From positions 1 through 64,000 of IMG/VR virus record IMGVR_UViG_3300000295_000002: a stretch of DNA of 64,000 nt. One strand, given 5' to 3'. The stretch is from a virus. A model generated the notes under the pieces. That model was not told the origin of the DNA, did no database searches, and was given only the letters and a program-made list of their open reading frames with translations. Every line of letters starts with the position of its first letter. Positions within the stretch are counted from its first letter, which is position 1. This document shows positions 35,341 to 44,311 of the stretch, one piece after another. A program made the position numbers and the translations under genes.

Positions 35341-37433
35341 TTCTGTTTCTTTATTAATTGATTTACTTTTGTTATTTTACTCATTCTTTTGCTCCGTGGA
35401 GGTGGCAAAGGTAGCGTATGTACTACTTTGCCAACACCACATAAGCAATCGCCTACAGCCGCATTTAACGGCTTATTTGCTGCAATATCCAACCGTATAT
35501 TGTTATGTGGAATATCCAAGCATACCGGAACATATATAGAGATAGACACAACCTTTGCGGTTGATGCCGTTTCTTTGCGTTCTGAGACGTTTTCATTTGT
35601 AGGTGGTGTAATTGTCCGCTCGGTGCATTTCTCGCTCGCTTGATGCTCATTTGGTACATCATTCAAATATGTATGAATCACATCCATTATGGTATTCTCA
35701 TCTGTATATTCAATAACCATACAATGAGAAATCATTTCCTCAAACTCGCTTTTTTCTGCTCCACCATGCCAAAGGGAACTACCATCGGCTCTAATCTCTG
35801 TATATAAGTAATGAGGGTATTTAATCGTATTGTACCCAGCAACTTTATATGCCAACTTGTTTTTGAAGTCGATAAATACCTTTCCTAACCAATCAATCGG
35901 CTCGCTCGGTGTATCATCAGGTACGGCTGCAATCTCTTCTTTGCTTACCAATGATTTCTTCTGCTGCTCCTTAAATAGCTTTTCCGATTTAACGCCATCC
36001 TTAAAGAAGAAAGCGCACCCACGATAGGTGTTACTCTTTGTTCGCTTATCATCGGGCATGAACTCTTTGCAGAATCCAGACAATGTAAACAGTACACCAC
36101 AAAATGATACCTTATTGTCTTCTGCTGCAATAACCTTTGTGCCATCAATAAAGGTTAATTCATCGCCTACATTTACACCGATAGCCGCAAAGCTAAACTT
36201 ATTGCTAGGCTTATCCAATGATACTACCTTTGCAGATTTATTCGTTTGTTCAGTTTTCTTCTCTGTAGCGCACTCTTTTTCCTCAGTTGTAACATTATCC
36301 ACCTTTGCAGTAATAACGTCTTCTATAGGCTCATTTGTGCGCTCATTTGCACGCTCTTTCAATACGTCAATATCAAATGGTACGTATCTAGTATCTACTG
36401 AATAGCCTCTACCCTCATATACGGCTGGCATAAGCAAATAGATATTACCAACACTATTTGTGGCAACTGCTGTATGAGAAGAAGACATACCGAGATATAA
36501 TGTATCAACACTATCGAAAGCAACAATAGACTTAATCATAAATGATACGACTTCAAATGTATGCTGCAATTTGTTTTCGATAGCCAAATCACGCTTGCAA
36601 TCATCATAAGATAAGGTAATCTTACTTTCTCCAGATAAGCCGTGCAAACTAATAGTATTTGCACCATCTTTCTTTGCAACCTTACAGAATTTCTTTATCT
36701 CATTCCAATCGTTTTTACCAAAGTGCAAAGCGAGTTCATTTGATACCTTTGGGAAAACACTTTTCCAATTTGGGTATCTGCCAATGTAGCCGATATTGGA
36801 AACAATACCATCGAACTCTAATTTGTTGCATTCCTTACCATTCACGCTTTCCTTTGTGGCTGTAACATTATAGATTTCTCCTTTCTTCATTTTCTTGCAC
36901 ATCAAAGCAAATTTCTTTGGGTTGATATAGAAGTTTGATAAATCTCCCGAATGTTCCAATACCTTTGCAGGAAAAGAAAGCAATTTCTTTCCATCGCTTG
37001 CAACCAAACAATTGTTAGCTGCATCCAATATGATATAGTTCATAACAGGGCGCAACTCATCATCGGCAACAAATTTGCAAAGCTCGCTCATTCCTTTGCT
37101 TACTTCAAAGGTAGCCTTTCCCAATAATTCGCCCGATTCTTCAAATACAAATTGTTTGGCATTTCTGCCAACACTCGCTAGCTTTTCAAAGACTGAAACA
37201 AAATAGAAGATATTCTTCAAAGGAAAACTGCAAGTATATGTACCAACACTAACAGTCGTTTTTTCGTCTTCATTTTGCTCATTACTGAAACAAAATTCTT
37301 TATTTACCTTATTAGCTATCTCGCTTGCAGTATATGAGCCGTAATCGGCTACCTTTGCCATTTTCTCCCATACTGCAAAGGCTATCTCATACAACTTGTT
37401 TAAGATAGCCAAATTCATTTCTTTGTCACTCAT
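35274..37433 (-). CDS. beta-clamp (DnaN)-like two-domain module fused to N- and long C-terminal extensions
   Basis: The middle region parallels E. coli DnaN domains II-III. ELRPVMNYIILDAANNCLVASDGKKLL matches DVRYYLNGMLFE..LRTVATDGHRLA, GRYPNWKSVFPK matches GRFPDYRRVLPK, and IYLLMPAVYE matches AYVVMPMRL. Confidence 0.6.
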   Translation of the reverse strand: MSDKEMNLAILNKLYEIAFAVWEKMAKVADYGSYTASEIANKVNKEFCFSNEQNEDEKTTVSVGTYTCSFPLKNIFYFVSVFEKLASVGRNAKQFVFEESGELLGKATFEVSKGMSELCKFVADDELRPVMNYIILDAANNCLVASDGKKLLSFPAKVLEHSGDLSNFYINPKKFALMCKKMKKGEIYNVTATKESVNGKECNKLEFDGIVSNIGYIGRYPNWKSVFPKVSNELALHFGKNDWNEIKKFCKVAKKDGANTISLHGLSGESKITLSYDDCKRDLAIENKLQHTFEVVSFMIKSIVAFDSVDTLYLGMSSSHTAVATNSVGNIYLLMPAVYEGRGYSVDTRYVPFDIDVLKERANERTNEPIEDVITAKVDNVTTEEKECATEKKTEQTNKSAKVVSLDKPSNKFSFAAIGVNVGDELTFIDGTKVIAAEDNKVSFCGVLFTLSGFCKEFMPDDKRTKSNTYRGCAFFFKDGVKSEKLFKEQQKKSLVSKEEIAAVPDDTPSEPIDWLGKVFIDFKNKLAYKVAGYNTIKYPHYLYTEIRADGSSLWHGGAEKSEFEEMISHCMVIEYTDENTIMDVIHTYLNDVPNEHQASEKCTERTITPPTNENVSERKETASTAKVVSISIYVPVCLDIPHNNIRLDIAANKPLNAAVGDCLCGVGKVVHTLPLPPPRSKRMSKITKVNQLIKKQKWKRIFVYLADLHSEMANAIDL

Positions 37434-37444
37434 ATTAGTTACTA

Positions 37445-37684
37445 TTAAATATACATATCCAATTCCTTTTCCAATTCTTCTTTGTTGCATTCAGGAAACC
37501 AACTGCAAATGGTATCAATTGCCCACATATAGGAATTTACTCCATCATCAAACAATATCCAAAACATTTCAGCGTATTTGCTAAAATTACGATTAATATT
37601 GTGCTCTTTGTACCATTTAATGGTACGTTCATATTCGGCTACCAATTCATTTTTGGTAAGCATTCTAATTTCTTCTGAAGTCAT
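37445..37684 (-). CDS. hypothetical protein
   Basis: ORF track. Confidence 0.5.
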   Translation of the reverse strand: MTSEEIRMLTKNELVAEYERTIKWYKEHNINRNFSKYAEMFWILFDDGVNSYMWAIDTICSWFPECNKEELEKELDMYI

Positions 37685-37747
37685 ATATCCAATTATTAAA
37701 AGTTACACATTTAACGGCTCTAAGATTGATATACAATCATTCCCGAT

Positions 37748-37939
37748 TTAATGATGTTGCTTGTACCGTACCAATGTATCAATAACTCGCTTATCATCTA
37801 CAATATTCTTTCCAGAGTGGAGGGTATTATCTGTAATACTCTCGCCAACTTCAAAAAGACTACCTACTGCAATATGGTTATTAATGCAGACTATTTGATT
37901 CTGTGGCATATTTGCCAAAGTTACAATATACTTTTTCAT
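37748..37939 (-). CDS. hypothetical protein
   Basis: ORF track; AAAGATAGGAGA SD context. Confidence 0.5.
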   Translation of the reverse strand: MKKYIVTLANMPQNQIVCINNHIAVGSLFEVGESITDNTLHSGKNIVDDKRVIDTLVRYKQHH

Positions 37940-37956
37940 TCTCTTTTCTCCTATCT

Positions 37957-38184
37957 TTAATCGTTGTTAGTTATTTCTATATTCCATCGCCAGCCGTAAA
38001 CTTTCAAAGTCCACACCTTATAATTTTTATATCCTTTTTCTTTTGCCAATTTGTCGGCAAATTCAGATACCTCTTTTTCTGCTGCCAAATATTCCTTTGC
38101 CTTTGGACAATAAAACGTACTAATATCTGATATTTCATACATAAGTAAATCTCCTATCTTTAAATTTGTGCCGTGCCAAATCAT
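37957..38184 (-). CDS. hypothetical protein
   Basis: ORF track; AAAGATAGGAGA SD context. Confidence 0.5.
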   Translation of the reverse strand: MIWHGTNLKIGDLLMYEISDISTFYCPKAKEYLAAEKEVSEFADKLAKEKGYKNYKVWTLKVYGWRWNIEITNND

Positions 38185-38219
38185 TACTCACGGCTATAGT
38201 AACTTTTAAGCAATATTTT

Positions 38220-38268
38220 GTGGTGCAAACGGAATCGAACCGTAAACAGATACCGACTATCTTTGCAC
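38220..38268 (-). ncRNA. 49-nt mini tRNA-like element (acceptor stem + one hairpin + T arm)
   Basis: GGTGCAA-AGATA GTCGG TATCT-GTT-ACGG TTCGATT CCGT-TTGCACC-A; it has a perfect 7-bp acceptor-like stem. Confidence 0.4.
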
Positions 38269-38282
38269 CTATCCAATATGTT

Positions 38283-38588
38283 TTATGATATTGTCTTTTT
38301 GCCGTAATAACGCAAATTAAGCATTTCCTTTTGGCTAGTAAGTTTGCAGCCACACAATTTATTATTTGTGCTGTAGTCTGCACCAAGCGCACGCAAACGG
38401 CTGCTAGTTGTAACCGTATTAAAACCACCATCGGAAAAATACACCTTGCCACGTACTTTTGCATATATATATGTATCATACAAGCGTACAAATACATTTG
38501 CACCCTTAATAATTACTTCTGTATTGCTTTCTCTGTAGTTAACCTTATTTTTAATAGCGTTAACCATTCTTTGCTCTATCTTTCTCAT
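38283..38588 (-). CDS. hypothetical protein
   Basis: ORF track; preferred over the overlapping 38135-38503. Confidence 0.5.
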   Translation of the reverse strand: MRKIEQRMVNAIKNKVNYRESNTEVIIKGANVFVRLYDTYIYAKVRGKVYFSDGGFNTVTTSSRLRALGADYSTNNKLCGCKLTSQKEMLNLRYYGKKTIS

Positions 38589-38713
38589 TTTATTTGCGTT
38601 TTAAAAGGTTATTTACTCTTTTACGTATTTGTTCCAATTGCGCCCTACAATAATGCCTAATACGTAAGATATAAGGGCGAAAACGAAAGGTATTGTTATA
38701 TCCATATATCCAA

Positions 38714-38995
38714 TTAGTTTAAAAGAAAATCGAAGTACTTTGCAGCACGCAATTCATATTCATTTGCCCACATTTGACCGTAAGGCATACCAAGTAAATC
38801 TATAAATTTACGTGCTTTTGCCTTAAATACAATGTAATCGGCAAACAGGGCTTTAGTCTCCTTTGCTATTTTGTGAAAATTTGGCTTTTCGTCTTCTTGT
38901 TGTGCCGTGGCTGCTAAAACTGATACACGATTTGCAATATCACTCAATTTGCTAGTATAGAAGTCTATCAAAATGTTTATTCTTATCTTTTTCAT
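38714..38995 (-). CDS. hypothetical protein
   Basis: ORF track. Confidence 0.5.
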   Translation of the reverse strand: MKKIRINILIDFYTSKLSDIANRVSVLAATAQQEDEKPNFHKIAKETKALFADYIVFKAKARKFIDLLGMPYGQMWANEYELRAAKYFDFLLN

Positions 38996-39051
38996 ATCTT
39001 ATATTATTTGTACCTTTGCACCCACATAAGCGAGTGCAAAAGTAATTGTTA

Positions 39052-39360
39052 TTACTTGTTTACTATCTCATCAATTTTGTTTGCCGTATCAATCAAAGAA
39101 TAAGATTGCCCAACAAAACCGCCTCCGTACCAATTGGCACGATAAACGGAAAAGCCCAAATCATTTGCACGCTTTTTGGCAATTGCATACAATTGGTTTT
39201 GGCTTAAATTGTCGTTTCTCATTTCTTCGTCAGTAGCAAAAGCGAGAAAATGAACTACATATCGGGGATTTCCGTTTATATCATTATTCACACGGCAAAA
39301 GCCGATACCATTAACCACTTTATAGCTGTTTCTGTAGCTTTCAATTTCTTTATTTGTCAT
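39052..39360 (-). CDS. hypothetical protein
   Basis: ORF track. Confidence 0.55.
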   Translation of the reverse strand: MTNKEIESYRNSYKVVNGIGFCRVNNDINGNPRYVVHFLAFATDEEMRNDNLSQNQLYAIAKKRANDLGFSVYRANWYGGGFVGQSYSLIDTANKIDEIVNK

Positions 39361-39384
39361 ATATAGCCCTCCAATTAGTTTAAA

Positions 39385-39732
39385 TTACTTCTTTTCTCCT
39401 AATTCTCTTTTTGCCAATTCATTTGTAGTTTCCCATTCCACATAGTCCCAACTTGTACCGAAATGGTCTACACAAAGAATATATTTATCCAATAAGTCCG
39501 AATAAGTGAAAAGCAAGCCAAATGTCTTTTCCAGATACTCTACATCGTCATAGGTGCAATCTGTAATAAACCACTGATAAATGTCTTTTTGTGTGCCGTC
39601 TTCTTCATCGAACAGTTCAAAGCGCATATTATCATAAATAGATGGGTCTATCTCTGTAATATTGTTGCAGAGGATAAGCGCATTATTACACCAATTTACA
39701 GCTACAGAATAATTTGTTTTATAAGTCTTCAT
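39385..39732 (-). CDS. hypothetical acidic protein
   Basis: ORF track. Confidence 0.55.
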   Translation of the reverse strand: MKTYKTNYSVAVNWCNNALILCNNITEIDPSIYDNMRFELFDEEDGTQKDIYQWFITDCTYDDVEYLEKTFGLLFTYSDLLDKYILCVDHFGTSWDYVEWETTNELAKRELGEKK

Positions 39733-39845
39733 ACCTAAAATATTTAAAAGTTACTAATTAATTTGCTTATATCTGAAAAAACTAATAACTTTGCAACCGC
39801 TTAGAAGTAATCATAAGTTATTAGTTTTTCTTTTAACTTGATTCG

Positions 39846-39877
39846 CCCACTACTTTTTTAAGGTAGTGGGTTTTTTG
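39846..39877 (+). terminator. intrinsic terminator oriented for the plus strand
   Basis: CCCACTAC-TTTTTTAAG-GTAGTGGG followed by TTTTTTG on the plus strand. Confidence 0.55.
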
Positions 39878-39879
39878 TT

Positions 39880-40122
39880 TTAGATAGTTACCTCTTCAAT
39901 TGTGAATGTAAAATCTAAAATCACACCGTTATATTCTGTATGCTCATATAATGTTGTATCATTAATGCGCACATAACTAACGTTTTCTTTTTTCATTTTG
40001 GTTTCTGCATCATCTAGCAATTTAACCAAATCTTTCTTTAATACCTCAGTCCAGAAAGGCTCTTTTACTACTTTATTCTCAATATAAGAATAATAAGTCT
40101 TGAATAATTTAAATGCTTTCAT
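39880..40122 (-). CDS. hypothetical protein (first gene of the minus-strand block)
   Basis: ORF track. Confidence 0.55.
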   Translation of the reverse strand: MKAFKLFKTYYSYIENKVVKEPFWTEVLKKDLVKLLDDAETKMKKENVSYVRINDTTLYEHTEYNGVILDFTFTIEEVTI

Positions 40123-40379
40123 TTTCTTTTGCTTTTTAGTTACTAATTTGTGGCTATCAATTAACCCGCCTAATTGCCAACGGCTGAGGTTTTCGCCTAC
40201 ATATAACAGTTACTTATTATTGTATTTGGTTTTCATTTATCATTCAATTTATTTCGGTACTCTAACTTTTCTCTACTCACTTCTGAATGTTTCAACGCTG
40301 GGAATAATAAGTAATAATGTAGCTACCTTCCGTATAATAGCCAAACCATTTTAAATTGTTACTACTGCAATAAGCATGC

Positions 40380-41985
40380 AGCCGCTTTTCCGTTTTTTAA
40401 CCTTGACGGAAAACAACAAACCTAATAATCGATACACTATATAGCATCATCAACATATCACTCGATACGCTTTGTTAGCCTTTTCCGTATACCTTATATT
40501 TTGGTATTGTTGTTATCTAATATGTTGTATTACACGTAATACGTTATATGATAAGATAGCAGCGCACAAATATATAAGATAGATTTTATTACGCTAAATG
40601 TAAATAAGCCAAAGAACACACAATATAGATATAACAGGATTTCTCTGCTTAGAAGTAATCTCATTGTTTCTTGATTGCGATGCAAAGGTACGGCTTTTTT
40701 CTGAATCTGCAAAACTTTTAAGCAAAAAATTACGCCTTTTCTCGCTTTTTTCTTGTAAATAATTGCTTTTTCTTAAATCTTTACACAAATTGTAATCTCT
40801 ACTTTACAATATGATAGGTTAAATAGGGGGTATTGTGTATTTATATATGATTAAGCCTATCTTTGCACCTTTGCAGCATCAAAAACCACCTTGCAGCCGT
40901 TTTCTTATAATGTAGTGGGCGCGCGTACCTTATATATAGGGAAAACGCCTAAAAGCGTATTATTTGATGTTCGCAGGCTTTTTCTCGCTTACTAGATAGA
41001 AAGTACTTACTTTGTCGTTTGAGTATCTTTGCAGCCGTTTTATTTTCCGTTTTCGTTTTCACTCGCTTTTTGTTTCACGAAATTTGTGTGTGAAACATTA
41101 TGCAAGTTTCTGTATTTTTATGCAAGTTTAAGATGTATGTTTATGCAAAATATTATGGTAAATAGAAAACTTTTTGGGAATTTCGAGTTTTCTTGCACAT
41201 TTGCAGAAACGTTCTATCTTTTTACTTTTTGTTTCTTTGCTTTTTCTCTTATTTTGGATAATTTACAGAAAACGAAAACAGAAACGGAAAAGTTGCTTTT
41301 TGGTGTGTTTTTGCCGTAATATGTCCGTTTTTGTCGCAAATAAAGTATTGATTTTTAGAGATTTACGCCTATATAGGGCAAACCACACCCCACCCCCCGC
41401 TTTTGGCACTCGCAGGGTGGGTCAGCTCTCTTCCGAAAATTTTTTATTTTTTTATTTTTATTTTTTTGTAAAATACTATGATTTCGCCAATTCAGCTTTT
41501 CTACCGAATTTTGAGCATTTTTGAGAATATCATATCTACTTTTTCTTTTGCATAAAGTTTCATAGTATCTACTTTTAGCTATTTCTGTGCGTCAGGTAGC
41601 GTTTTATGCAGATTCGCGTTATAGTTTACCACCAGAGTATTTTAAACGTCTTAGAACTCAATTATCGAGCTTTTTACATCAATTTTCATTTTTTTGCGGA
41701 AAAGTAAGGTCGTTTTCGGGTTTAATGTATGTTTTTGCTATTTATAGATTGCAGTTTTCACTAGACTATCATTAGGGGTTGTTTGCGAAGCATTCTTCTT
41801 AGGGGATGAGTATATAGTTTACTATATACAGGGGTTGACATCCCCTACTACGGCTGCGCGCGAGAGTACAATGGTTTATTTACGTGTTATTATTATATGG
41901 GGATTGTGTGAAATGTTAAATTTTCAATATGAAAAATCAGATTTATGCGGATAACATATATTTAATTGGGGATATGGGGAAAATG
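40380..41985. promoter_or_regulatory. ORF-free divergent control region with iteron-like repeats, an AT tract and several promoter boxes (ori/packaging candidate)
   Basis: See finding: TTTTCCGT/ACGGAAAA copies, three TTATGCAA repeats at about 21-bp spacing, a T-rich tract at 41425-41470, TGGGGA/AGGGGTT repeats, and TAnnTTTG boxes. Confidence 0.45.
40683..40690 (-). promoter_or_regulatory. TAnnTTTG -7-like promoter box for the leftward block
   Basis: Minus-strand CCGTACCTTTGCATCG is nearly identical to the box at 22221-22228 (CCGTACCTTTGCAATCG). Confidence 0.45.
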
Positions 41986-42044
41986 GTACAAATTTGCAAT
42001 TTGTTAAACTATGTAAAGTTCGTTTTTGGCTTGTTTTTTTGGCG

Positions 42045-42052
42045 TATATTTG
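42045..42052 (+). promoter_or_regulatory. TAnnTTTG -7-like promoter box for the rightward block
   Basis: TATATTTGCAGCAT has the same shape as TATCTTTGCAGCAT upstream of terL. Confidence 0.45.
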
Positions 42053-42092
42053 CAGCATAAATGTTTGATTTACGAATTACCGACTTTGAAAT

Positions 42093-42647
42093 ATGGCAGA
42101 AAAGAAATTCTACATACAGCGTTACTTGAAGTCCGAGCAGGGAGCTTGGAAGGCAGACGGAGTACGTAAGAGTCTGGAGGATGATTTCGGCGGCGGTTCT
42201 GTCCGCTACAAGTCATTGGACGGATTGAACTCAAAGGGTAAGCAGAAGGGTGTATATACCGAAAGCTATCCTGAGAGTGATGCGTTGAGAGTGTTTGTTG
42301 ACCCGAATGCTAGGCATGAGAGCACCAACGCCACGTTGTCAGTCTGCGTGTTCGGGTATGATGTTGATGAAACTACAGAGCTTTCCGTTACTGAGCAGAT
42401 AAAAGCTGCCGAGAAAGCATGGGATAGTCTGTATTCCTACTTGGAGGGTGCGCTTATCCTGTGGTATGACGATTACAGACAGAAGAAAGCGTTGTTTTTG
42501 GTACAGGATGCTACAGAGCCATCAACGGATAACATCAAGAACATTCCGTATCTGCTCTGTTCGGTCAAGTTGGTAAACGTCTTCGGTCAGTCGTTTGATG
42601 GTGACAGTACCACGATTGAAGATTGGTTGAAGAATGGCGGAAAATAG
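42093..42647 (+). CDS. hypothetical protein
   Basis: ORF track. Confidence 0.6.
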   Translation: MAEKKFYIQRYLKSEQGAWKADGVRKSLEDDFGGGSVRYKSLDGLNSKGKQKGVYTESYPESDALRVFVDPNARHESTNATLSVCVFGYDVDETTELSVTEQIKAAEKAWDSLYSYLEGALILWYDDYRQKKALFLVQDATEPSTDNIKNIPYLLCSVKLVNVFGQSFDGDSTTIEDWLKNGGK

Positions 42648-42654
42648 AAACGAC

Positions 42655-42744
42655 AGCATCCGCAAGCCGGTAGGACGTATCTCTTAGATACAAGTCTAGG
42701 CAAACAGAAGGTTCGAGTTCCTTCTACGGTCGGTGGATGCTTTT
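42655..42744 (+). ncRNA. Y-shaped structured element with a T-arm-like hairpin and 3' U-tract
   Basis: The closing stem GCATCC/GGATGC is followed by TTTT. Inner hairpins are GTATC-TCTTA-GATAC and AGAAGG-TTCGAGTT-CCTTCT. Confidence 0.45.
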
Positions 42745-42760
42745 AAACAGTTGAGAATGT

Positions 42761-43768
42761 ATGCGAATAAAGGAAGAATCACTTGACAGGGCGTTGGAAG
42801 CGGCATCGTTGCAGACGAAGGGATTGCCGAAACGCTACACGGATGGTAAAGACCCATTCTGGATAATGGCTGTTGTGCTTGTTCAGAAGCGCAATTTGGA
42901 GGAATGCTACTGCATTTATCAGCAGAATGCGGACAAATATATGAAGCTTTTGCAAGACTTCGGTACGCCGAGTCCTATCATGTCTATCAAGAGCATTCAT
43001 CCTTATATGTATCTTGACGAGGCTCAGTTTTTGCCGAGCGGATGCATCGAAGCAAAGAAGAACTTTCTGAAAAACGAGCTTGGTGAAGACCCTAGGGCTT
43101 ATGAGGTCGATGAAATGACGGAATCGGACGTTAATCACGCGTTATTGGAGATTGCCATTGACAAACAGATGAGAGCTGATGAGGAAAACAAGAAAATCAA
43201 CGTACTCAATGAGGGAAGCGATTTGGACGGAACGAGATTTGAGGACGTTGAACGTCAGAAGTTCGAGTTTGAGTTGGCTGAAATGAGAAAAGATGGATGC
43301 TCTAAGAATGAAATTAAAGAGTTCATTGACGAGTATAATGCCAGTCATAAGCAGAAAGCTGACGATGAGCCATACATTTCAGAGGAAGACCGCATTCATC
43401 AGAAAATGGAATCAAAGGACGTTGAGAAAACTCCCGAATGCAGTATTGAAGGTGAGTTTGATGCACCTGAGATAGACTACGATAAGCTTCATGAGGAATC
43501 AGAGGCGTTCAAGAAAGAACAGTTGAAGGTTGCCAAGCGCAAGTGGAAGCGCGCCTATGATGCCGATTCAGAGAAGCGTGAAGGAAGAGAGTTTGAGAAT
43601 GAATTTGGCGAAGACGAGGAATGTGAGACGTTGCAGTTACCGAATAAAGAGGCCGTTCCTGTAAAGCGTAAACCAGGCAGACCAAAGAAATCGTCATTGG
43701 ATTACACTGCTAGCAAGCGCGATACGACAAAGAAACGTGGTCGCAAAAAATCATCAACTAAAAAGTAA
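42761..43768 (+). CDS. highly acidic protein with C-terminal AT-hook-like motifs
   Basis: KRKPGRPKKSS and KKRGRKKSS at the C-terminus. Confidence 0.6.
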   Translation: MRIKEESLDRALEAASLQTKGLPKRYTDGKDPFWIMAVVLVQKRNLEECYCIYQQNADKYMKLLQDFGTPSPIMSIKSIHPYMYLDEAQFLPSGCIEAKKNFLKNELGEDPRAYEVDEMTESDVNHALLEIAIDKQMRADEENKKINVLNEGSDLDGTRFEDVERQKFEFELAEMRKDGCSKNEIKEFIDEYNASHKQKADDEPYISEEDRIHQKMESKDVEKTPECSIEGEFDAPEIDYDKLHEESEAFKKEQLKVAKRKWKRAYDADSEKREGREFENEFGEDEECETLQLPNKEAVPVKRKPGRPKKSSLDYTASKRDTTKKRGRKKSSTKK

Positions 43769-43774
43769 CAGATT

Positions 43775-44083
43775 ATGACTAAATCAGAGCTTTTGAATAA
43801 CGTGTTCTTTGAGAATGCAAAAGGTGATTTGCCTATCATATATATAACATCAGATGATGATGTGGTAAAGGTCGGCAGTATCGTCAATGCACCTATGGTT
43901 GGCAGAATTTATTTTAGTGAGGTTAAGAAAACCATTACGAAGGATGAATTGCTTGCCAACAAAGAGTTCATTTGCGCAAGTGATGATTCTGAAATTCTTA
44001 TTGATTTCGGTGGCTACAGACGTGAGACACTTGGTTGCTATGTCACAGTTGACGATAGTTGCATTAATATCATTGAGCTATGA
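43775..44083 (+). CDS. hypothetical protein
   Basis: ORF track. Confidence 0.55.
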   Translation: MTKSELLNNVFFENAKGDLPIIYITSDDDVVKVGSIVNAPMVGRIYFSEVKKTITKDELLANKEFICASDDSEILIDFGGYRRETLGCYVTVDDSCINIIEL

Positions 44084-44304
44084 GGAATAACCATCACAAT
44101 CCTAATAAAGTACCGCCGTTCAAACCAGCCCCAGAACATTGGACTAAAAAAGTTCATTCATGGAAGGCGAAGGTCGCATACGAGACAGAGGATGATGCTT
44201 GGGAGTTTCTGAATCAGAATCCGAAATTAAAGTCTCTTGGTTATACTTGCTACCTGTGCAAGGTGTGCTCTAGGTATCATATAGGTAGATTACATCATAA
44301 ATAG
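44080..44304 (+). CDS. small Cys/His-containing protein
   Basis: CYLCKVCSRYH. Confidence 0.5.
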   Translation: MRNNHHNPNKVPPFKPAPEHWTKKVHSWKAKVAYETEDDAWEFLNQNPKLKSLGYTCYLCKVCSRYHIGRLHHK

Positions 44305-44311
44305 TTGAGAT

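Noticed and set aside
39799-40660. 14-mer GCTTAGAAGTAATC shared by 39799-39812 and 40647-40660 as evidence of sRNA-target pairing
   Set aside because: Several exact 14-mer repeats are expected by chance in 64 kb of AT-rich DNA. It is kept only as a side note.
40530-41775. ORFs in the 2-kb control region (40530-40712, 40594-40788, 41029-41319, 41174-41524, 41587-41775)
   Set aside because: They are Phe/Leu-rich products of T-tracts, with no SD and mutual overlap. They are treated as non-coding.
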